A stretch of 64,000 nt of DNA, from positions 64,001 through 128,000 of IMG/VR virus record IMGVR_UViG_3300021592_000001. One strand, 5' to 3'. Below are positions 27,564-35,100 of this stretch, one piece after another. The notes under the pieces are model-generated. The model was given only the letters and a program-made list of their open reading frames with translations. It made no database searches and had not been told where the DNA came from. How positions within the stretch are numbered: the first letter of the stretch is position 1; every line of letters begins with the position of its first letter. The translations under genes and the position numbers were made by a program. Source of the DNA: a virus. Taxonomy: Duplodnaviria > Caudoviricetes.

Positions 27564-29162
27564 ATGTCGAAAAACTATAATTGTACAAATGATTTTAACA
27601 ACACAGGATCTCTGGAAGGGACGGATGTAAATATATACGTCGCTTATCTTCAGGCTGTCATCACACTACCCTTTAAACCTCCTGAATGGTCGATGCTCGA
27701 GTGGACACAGAACAGATATAACTTAGGCGTATCTGCTGAAAAATACATCCCTACTACTATTACTAATCTGCCTGTTCTTGACTGTAGTGACTATTACGAT
27801 TCAGGGGAGCTAAATGGTATAAATGTGAATATATTTACCGCTTATCTACTTGCTGTTTCCACTCAGGCTTTCAAACCTCCTGACTGGTCAATGCTTGAAT
27901 GGACACAAAACAGGTATGATCTTGGCGTCGCTGTAGAGAAATATGTCCCCGTTGTCATTACAAGACTTCCTAATCTGTACCCGAGCAGTTCGAGTTCCAG
28001 TCACAGCTATTCCAGTTCTAGCAGTAGTCTGTCCAGTTCGAGTTCTAGCAGCTCACTTTCTGTGAGCTCTAGTAGTTCCAGCAGTTCATTTTCACTAAGT
28101 TCTAGCAGCTCATATTCCAATAGTTCGTCTTCAAGTAGTTCTTCTAGTTCTCTGTCTATTAGTTCTAGCAGTTCATTTAGTTTGAGCAGCTCGTCAAGCT
28201 GTAGTGTAAGCAGTAGCTCCTCAAGTTCGTTATCTAGTAGCTCTTCTAGCTCCCTGTCGAGCAGTTCAAGCAGTTCCCTTAGCTCTAGTAGTTCCAGTTC
28301 CAGTTCTTCTTCCAGTTCAAGTTCTAGCAGTTCGTTCAGCTCTTCGAGCTCAAGTTCAAGTTCTTCTGTCAGTTCTAGTTCTAGCTCTTCTTTCAGCTCC
28401 AGTTCCAGCAGTTCAAGTTCATCTCTAAGTTCGAGCTCAAGTAGCTCAAAAAGCAGCAGCTCTTCAAGTTCATTGTCTAGTAGTTCTTCCAGTTCCTTAT
28501 CTAGCAGTTCGAGCTCTTCGTCAAGTAGCTCAAGTTCCTCATTCAGCTCCAGTTCCAGTTCTTCACTTAGTAGCTCTTCGAGTTCATCCTTAAGCTCGAG
28601 TTCAAGCTACAGCTTATCCTCTAGCAGCTCCAGCAGTTCTAGTTCAAACTCGTCGTCAAGTAGTTCTAGCAGTTCGTATTCTACCTCAAGTAGTTCCAGT
28701 AGCAGTTATTCCCTTAGTTCGAGTAGTAGCAGTAGTAGCTCACGTTCTTCGTCCAGCCGTTCCTCCTCATCATCGAGCCGATCTTCTTCCTCTAAAAGCT
28801 CAAGTAGTACTTCTGTCAGTTCAAGTTCCAGCAGTCTTCAACCAATCTTTGTGATCGCTAAGCTTCTGGATAGTAACTTAGACGAAATAGCTACGTTTAC
28901 TTCCGACCCGTACTACGGAGTACCAGATAATCAATACCATGACATAACATTTACAAATGCTACCTATTCTAGTGAGCAGGTCTATGCTATAGACTTCCTT
29001 TCTGAACATCCACATATACCACCTTGTCAGAACGCAGTTACCACATATTTTAACACTGGAACTATTTCTTCTATGTATGACAGCTTCAGTACGTATTGGT
29101 TAAGCGATACGCTGATATTCTCTACTCAGTTGGAAAAAATAAATATGAAATTATGTCCGTAA
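27564..29162 (+). CDS. Poly-serine protein 2 (double dockerin-like repeat - ~285-aa Ser tract - SDPYYG/PPCQ domain)
   Basis: DFNNTGSLEGTD and DYYDSGELNGIN repeats, each followed by FKPPxWSMLEWTQNRY. Confidence 0.85.
   Translation: MSKNYNCTNDFNNTGSLEGTDVNIYVAYLQAVITLPFKPPEWSMLEWTQNRYNLGVSAEKYIPTTITNLPVLDCSDYYDSGELNGINVNIFTAYLLAVSTQAFKPPDWSMLEWTQNRYDLGVAVEKYVPVVITRLPNLYPSSSSSSHSYSSSSSSLSSSSSSSSLSVSSSSSSSSFSLSSSSSYSNSSSSSSSSSSLSISSSSSFSLSSSSSCSVSSSSSSSLSSSSSSSLSSSSSSSLSSSSSSSSSSSSSSSSSSFSSSSSSSSSSVSSSSSSSFSSSSSSSSSSLSSSSSSSKSSSSSSSLSSSSSSSLSSSSSSSSSSSSSSFSSSSSSSLSSSSSSSLSSSSSYSLSSSSSSSSSSNSSSSSSSSSYSTSSSSSSSYSLSSSSSSSSSRSSSSRSSSSSSRSSSSKSSSSTSVSSSSSSLQPIFVIAKLLDSNLDEIATFTSDPYYGVPDNQYHDITFTNATYSSEQVYAIDFLSEHPHIPPCQNAVTTYFNTGTISSMYDSFSTYWLSDTLIFSTQLEKINMKLCP
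27840..27932 (+). repeat. 93-bp dispersed repeat, second copy at 31180-31272
   Basis: Read directly: 2 mismatches in 93 nt. Confidence 0.9.
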
Positions 29163-29179
29163 TGAATTAGGAGGTACAA

Positions 29180-29473
29180 GTGACTAAAGAAACTAAACTG
29201 TTTAATTCTTTAAATGCGAATGACAGAAAAAGACTAAGAATCTATGAGGATGAAATAAACGAAGTCGGTAAAATGTACAAGGACGCATTTTTAGATGTTG
29301 CATTGCAACGTTCTATTAACGAAGAAGCATTAATGGAACTTGAGGACCGAATGGAAGCCATGCGACGTTCAGCGTCAAGAAAACTTGGGAGAGTCGCTAA
29401 AATATGGCCAAAGATTCCTGATTATGCTTTTGAGACCTTTCATGTAAGACTCATTAAGTCTATGAGAGATTGA
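29180..29473 (+). CDS. Small helical hypothetical protein
   Basis: AGGAGG RBS, GTG start. Confidence 0.65.
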   Translation: MTKETKLFNSLNANDRKRLRIYEDEINEVGKMYKDAFLDVALQRSINEEALMELEDRMEAMRRSASRKLGRVAKIWPKIPDYAFETFHVRLIKSMRD

Positions 29474-29487
29474 GGTGTTCCGATGAA
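29462..29487 (+). repeat. 26-bp exact repeat spanning an RBS and start codon, second copy at 29826-29851
   Basis: ATGAGAGATTGAGGTGTTCCGATGAA occurs twice; similarity continues as MKDSLSRKICST vs MKDSLFRKFCNT. Confidence 0.85.
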
Positions 29488-29758
29488 GGATAGCTTGTCT
29501 AGAAAAATTTGTAGCACATCGCTTTGGTCTCTTGAAGGGGATGAAATGAAGACGATCATTCTACAGTTGGAAGCAAAGGGACACAAAGATTTGGCTAATG
29601 AGATAAAAGCAATTCAAGGGTTGCCGCTTAGACACACTATTATCGATAGAGGACGGGATAGAACGTCTGGTCTTCAAAAGTTTCGGAACTTATTAAAAAA
29701 GAAGTTAGGTAAGGATTATGAGGTTACACTTGATATCGTTATTAGAGATATAATATAG
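29483..29758 (+). CDS. Small protein with shared helical tag (alternative start 29546)
   Basis: MKTIILQLEAKGHKDLANEIKAIQG. Confidence 0.6.
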   Translation: MKDSLSRKICSTSLWSLEGDEMKTIILQLEAKGHKDLANEIKAIQGLPLRHTIIDRGRDRTSGLQKFRNLLKKKLGKDYEVTLDIVIRDII

Positions 29759-29846
29759 GATAAATGAAACGATTGTTGAAAACTATTGGGGGAAGTTCTT
29801 AAGGTGTGAGTGAAACTGAAGTGTAATGAGAGATTGAGGTGTTCCG

Positions 29847-30095
29847 ATGAAAGACAGTTTGTTTAGAAAATTCTGTAATACGTTACCTGTATGGACGAAG
29901 AGTTTTGATAAGTTATACAACACAACACGATATCTTAGTGATTTACTGAAACGTGGAGGTTATGCGTCAGGTAGTCGTGAGTTGAAGACCATCAGGAAAA
30001 TTCTTGAGGATATGGATAAAATTGAAGATACAATGCATCTACTTGTAAGGTCTGTGGAAATAAATCAAGGTAAGCGTTGTCGTGACTTGCAGTAA
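29847..30095 (+). CDS. Small hypothetical protein
   Basis: GAGGTG RBS; N-terminus duplicated from 29483. Confidence 0.55.
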   Translation: MKDSLFRKFCNTLPVWTKSFDKLYNTTRYLSDLLKRGGYASGSRELKTIRKILEDMDKIEDTMHLLVRSVEINQGKRCRDLQ

Positions 30096-30138
30096 AGGTG
30101 AATCACAAAAACTTAATTTTTGACTACGGGCAAGTTAA

Positions 30139-30537
30139 GTGAATACGATGAACATAGGAGATATCATGAGAATAGATATAGTTCGCGATATTGACCTTAT
30201 TATAGATAGAATATTGGGAAAAGAATTCAAGAGAGTAGAGCGAGCGTACCTTAAGAAGGGTGCGATTGGTCAGATTATAGAGTTGCTAGAGGCTGACTAT
30301 GCAGAAGCTGAGGAAGATTTGGAATTGAAACTGGAAAATGAAGATTTGATAGACAGTAAAGAAGGAGAAGTATTCTATGCAGCATCATCTCTTATGCAGG
30401 AAGCCATTGACACTTTTAAAGAACTTGATAATAAGCTTGACAAAGCACTATCTCTCGTAAATAAAGCTATAAAGAAATATAAGCTTTTAAGGAAAGTAGT
30501 TAGTAAAGATGAGAAGACGTCACCTCTAAGGTACTAG
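30139..30537 (+). CDS. Acidic helical hypothetical protein, paralog of 30626
   Basis: LENEDLIDSKEGEVFYAASSLMQEA. Confidence 0.65.
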   Translation: MNTMNIGDIMRIDIVRDIDLIIDRILGKEFKRVERAYLKKGAIGQIIELLEADYAEAEEDLELKLENEDLIDSKEGEVFYAASSLMQEAIDTFKELDNKLDKALSLVNKAIKKYKLLRKVVSKDEKTSPLRY

Positions 30538-30625
30538 AGGTGTACTTGCCCGTCAGGGGAATAAGTATTAAGCAGTAGGACTAAGTATAGTAAGATTAAT
30601 AATATCAGATAAGAAAAAGAAGTTT

Positions 30626-30871
30626 GTGATGAGGAGTAAAGTGAGAAGATATCGTTGTGAAGTGTTGGGTGAGACAAGGGAGATGGTAGCTGAAATGGCT
30701 GAAGACATTATGAAGCGCTTGGATGAAATAGAGGAAATAGAAGGTGATATTGAGTCAGAATTAGATGATATGGGTTTACTGAAAGCTAATGAAGGAAGAG
30801 TATTTTATAAAATGTCATCCTTTATGGATAAAGCCAGAGCCACGTTGAAAAGATTCTTGAAGATAATATGA
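30626..30871 (+). CDS. Paralog of 30139, possibly truncated
   Basis: LDDMGLLKANEGRVFYKMSSFMDKA. Confidence 0.6.
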   Translation: MMRSKVRRYRCEVLGETREMVAEMAEDIMKRLDEIEEIEGDIESELDDMGLLKANEGRVFYKMSSFMDKARATLKRFLKII

Positions 30872-31104
30872 ACATAGTAGAAATATATATTTTAAACTGT
30901 GAGTCCTCTACTCCTAAGAGGAGACCGCTTTGTAGAATGCTCAGCAAAACAAATGCTGGATTGGATAAAATTGGGGAGGATGTAGAACGCTTCAGGAAAG
31001 CTGCGTTAAGAATAGAAGGTCGGCTGAAGTAATCTAAAGTAAGGGAATAGTAGAGGTGTCAAGTACCTTGTATATAGACTGAATAACTAGATTAGTCGGT
31101 TACT

Positions 31105-32139
31105 ATGCCTAACTATAATTGTACCAACGATTTTGACAATTCTGGTGTTCTAGACGGGATAGACGTTGATATCTATTCTGCTTATCTACTTGCTGTTTCC
31201 ACTCAGGCTTTCAAACCTCCTGGATGGTCAATGCTTGAATGGACACAAAACAGGTATGATCTTGGCGTCGCTAATGGAAAATATCTTCCAGCTACCATAG
31301 TCAGCCTACCTGTTCTTGACTGTAGTGACTATTATGATTCAGGGGAGCTGAACGCTATAAATGTCAATATTTTTTCGGCCTATCTCCAAGCCGTAGCTAC
31401 CCAGGAATTCAAACCTCCTGACTGGTCAATGCTTGAATGGACACAGAACAGATATGATTTGGGAGTAGCTTCTGGCAAGTATGCAGCAGTGACTATTACA
31501 AGGCTCCCCAATCTTGAACCTAGTAGTTCAAGTTCTAGCTCTTCAAGTTTGAGCAGTTCAAGTAGTTCGTCCAGCCTTAGCAGTTCATCAAGTTCAAGTT
31601 CGTCTAGTTTCAGTAGTTCAAGCAGCTCTTCTTTAAGTAGTTCAAGCTCTTTCAGTTTAAGCAGTTCAAGTTCGTCTAGTTTCAGTAGTTCAAGCAGCTC
31701 TTCTTTAAGTAGTTCAAGCTCTTTCAGTTTAAGCAGTTCAAGCAGTTTTAGTCTCAGCTCCTCCAGCTTTTCGAGTTCTTCTAGTAGTCTTAGCGATTCG
31801 AGTAGTTCGAGCTCTAGCCTTTTGCCTATAGTTGTGACGGCAATTTTGTTAGATGAAAAGATGAAGGAAATAGCTATATTTGATTCTGACCCTTACTATG
31901 GCATCCCTGACGGGTTGAATCATGACATTATTTTCAAAGGTGAATATTCTGCTAATGTTGTTGTTGCTATAGCTTTCAAGTCTGAGCATCCGCATCCACC
32001 TCCTTGTCAGAAAGCTATCACTGCTAGGTTTGATACAGGCGAAATCACTTTATTTTACGAGGAAAGCGAGAAATTATGGATGTGTGAAGACCCCGTGAAA
32101 TCGTCGCTGTTAGATTCAATTAATATGAAGCTTTGTTAG
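31105..32139 (+). CDS. Poly-serine protein 3 (double dockerin-like repeat - ~100-aa Ser tract - SDPYYG/PPCQ domain)
   Basis: Same architecture as 27564. Confidence 0.85.
   Translation: MPNYNCTNDFDNSGVLDGIDVDIYSAYLLAVSTQAFKPPGWSMLEWTQNRYDLGVANGKYLPATIVSLPVLDCSDYYDSGELNAINVNIFSAYLQAVATQEFKPPDWSMLEWTQNRYDLGVASGKYAAVTITRLPNLEPSSSSSSSSSLSSSSSSSSLSSSSSSSSSSFSSSSSSSLSSSSSFSLSSSSSSSFSSSSSSSLSSSSSFSLSSSSSFSLSSSSFSSSSSSLSDSSSSSSSLLPIVVTAILLDEKMKEIAIFDSDPYYGIPDGLNHDIIFKGEYSANVVVAIAFKSEHPHPPPCQKAITARFDTGEITLFYEESEKLWMCEDPVKSSLLDSINMKLC
31591..31734 (+). repeat. Perfect 72-bp tandem duplication inside a Ser tract
   Basis: Unit 31591-31662 repeated at 31663-31734, in frame (24 codons). Confidence 0.9.
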
Positions 32140-32151
32140 TGAAGACTAGCC

Positions 32152-35100
32152 GTGCCTAATTATAATTGTACTAATGATTTCGACAACTCTGGGGCTCTGG
32201 ACGGAATTGATGTTAATATTTACACTGCTTATCTTCTGGCTGTTGGAACAATCCAATTCAAGCCTCCTTCTTGGAGTATGCTTGAATGGACACAAAACAG
32301 ATACGATATTGGAGTAGCTAGTGGTAAATATGAAGAAGCTACCATAGTCAGCCTGCCTGTTCTTGACTGTAGTGACTATTATGATTCGGGAGAACTAAAT
32401 GGTATAAATGTGAATATATTCACTGCCTATTTGCTTGCAGTATCCACTGAAGCCTTCAAACCTCCCGATTGGTCAATGCTCGAATGGACACAGAACAGGT
32501 ATGATCTGGGAGTAGCCTCTGGTAAATATACAGCGGTAACTATTACAAGGTTACCTAATCTTTACCCAAGTGTCTCTAGTTCTAGTTCCAGCTCAGCTTC
32601 TGTTTCCAGCAGCTCTTCCAGCGTATCGTCAAGCTCCTCGAGCAGATCTTCTTCTAGTCTTAGTTATTCGTCCAGTAGCTCATCAAGTTCGTCGGGATCG
32701 TTCTCGTATTCTTCTAGTTCGAGAAGCTCTTCGAGCTCTAGTTCCAGCTCCTCTTCAAGCTTATCTAGTAGTAGTTCTTATTCAAGCAGCAGTTCCTACA
32801 GCATCTCTTCGTCCAGTTCTTCTTCTAGCTCCGAAAGCAGTTCAAGTTCTTCAAGCTCAGTCAGTTCATCTAGCAGTTCTATCAGCTCTAGTTCCAGCAG
32901 TTCATTATCTTCAAGCAGTTCTTCTAGCTCATCGTTAAGTTCAAGCTCATCTATTAGTATTTCTTCAAGTTCGAGTAGCTCTTCTGTAAGTAGTAGCTCA
33001 AGTTCTTGTTATTCCAGCTCTAGTTCTATGTCTAGTAGCAGTTCGAGTTCTTCAATCTCAAGTAGCTCATCTAGTATTTCTAGTAGTTCGTCTTTCTCTT
33101 TGTCATTGAGCAGTTCTTCAAGTCTATCAAGTTCCAGCTTTAGTAGTTTAAGCTCATCAAGCAGCTCGTTCTCTATTGTTAGTTCTAGTTCTAGCAGTTC
33201 ATACAGCCAGTCGTCAAGTTCTTCATCGAGTTCACTCTCGATCAGTTCTTCTGTATCTATAAGTTCGAGTAGTTCTAGTTCCTCTTTAAGTAGTTCATCC
33301 TCTAGCATTTCCAGTTCGTCAAGTTTTTCTATAAGTTCGTCAAGTAGTTCATCTGTTAGTACTTCATTCAGCAGTTCATTGTCTTCAAGCATCTCGTCTT
33401 CATCGTCGATATCTGTATCAAGTTCAAGTTCATATAGCATATCAATCAGTAGTAGCAGTAGCTCTTCATTTGTAAGCAGTTCTAGTTCCAGCAGCTCTAG
33501 CTCCTCAAGTTACTCCTCTTCGAGTTCCATTAGTTCGAGCAGTTTATCTCTTAGCAGCTCCAGTAGTTCGAGCAGTTTATCTCTTAGCAGCTCCAGTAGT
33601 TCAAGTTTCAGTAGTTCAAGCATCTCGAGCGGTTCGTCAAGTTCTTCTAGTTCTCGTAGTAGTTCAAGTTCCTCATCCTGGTCTAGCAGTTCTTATTCGT
33701 TTAGTTCGAGTTCTAGTTACAGTTCTTCGTCTATGTCCAGTTCGAGCAGTTCCAGTTTGTCATCTAGCAGCAGCTACAGTTCATCCCTAAGCTCTAGTTC
33801 CAGCAGTTCAGGAAGCAGTAGTTCGTCAAGTTCCCCGTCTAGCAGTTCATCTTCGTCTAGCTCCTTTAGCAGTTCTTCTACCTCTAGCAGTTCTAGCTCT
33901 TCTTTAAGTAGCTCTTCTTTTAGCTTGTCGTCGAGCTCTTCTTCATTAAGCTCGTCGTCGAGTTTTTCTATGAGCTCTAGTAGCTCATCAAGTTATAGCT
34001 TTAGTAGCAGTTCCTCCAGTTCTTTATCTAGCAGTTCTAGTCACTCGTCTAGTAGTAGCTATTCGTCAAGTGGTCTTAGTAGTTCATCGTCTAGCAGTTT
34101 AAGCTCAAGTTCTTCTAGTAGCTGGTCTACCAGTTCTTCAAGTTCTTATAGTTCGAGTTCCAGTTCAAGTAGCTCAATTTCCAGTTCTAGTTCTTCATCA
34201 ATCAGTTCCAGTTCATCCAGTTCGTCGAGCTATTCTAGTAGTAGTTCATCTTCATACTCTTCCAGTTCAAGTTCCTCGCTGAGTTCTAGTAGTATGTCAT
34301 CTAGCAGTAGTTCTTCTATAAGTAGTAGTTCAAGCAGTTCGTCATCTATTTCTACTAGCAGTTCCAGTTCAAGTAGCTTGTCTAGTTCGTCTAGTTCCAG
34401 TTCCAGTATATCTAGTTCATCCAGTTCTTCAATTTCAATTTCATCATCATCATCATCGTCTATCAGTTCTAGCTCCTCTTCGAGCAGTAATAGTTCTTCG
34501 AGTTTATCTAGTAGTAGTTCTTCCAGCTTGTCGAGTTCCAGTTCCAGTTCACTTTCCTTGTCAAGCTCTTCTTCTAGTTCTTCATACAGCTCTAGCTCGT
34601 CGAGTTCATCTTTAAGTAGCAGTTCTAGTTCTTCTATCAGTAGCTGCTCCAGTTCGAGCAGTTCTTCGTCGTCGATAAGCTCTTCGAGTTCCAGCAGTTT
34701 TTCCAGTTCATCTTCTGGGTCTAGTAGCTCTAGTTCGTCCTTTAGTAGCAGTTCTTCTTCTAGCTCGTCGTTAAGTTCTTCCAGTAGTTCTTCTAACTCC
34801 AGTTCCTCTTCAAGTTCAAGTTTATCGTCATCGTCTAGCTATTCACAAAGTAGCTCGTCGTCGAGTTCATATAGCTCGTCATCTCTAAGTTCTAGTTCGA
34901 GCAGTTCTTCGTCAGAATCTAGCAGTTCCAGTTCTTCCGTCAGTAGTAGTTCTAGCAGTTCATCCGTCAGCAGTAGCTCCAGTTCATCTTATAGCTCAAG
35001 TAGTTCTAGTTCCAGTTCAGTTAGTTCTAGTTCTAGCTTCAGTAGCTCCAGTAGTTTTTCCAGCTCTAGCTCGTCGTCGCAGTCCAGCAGTTCAAGTTTA

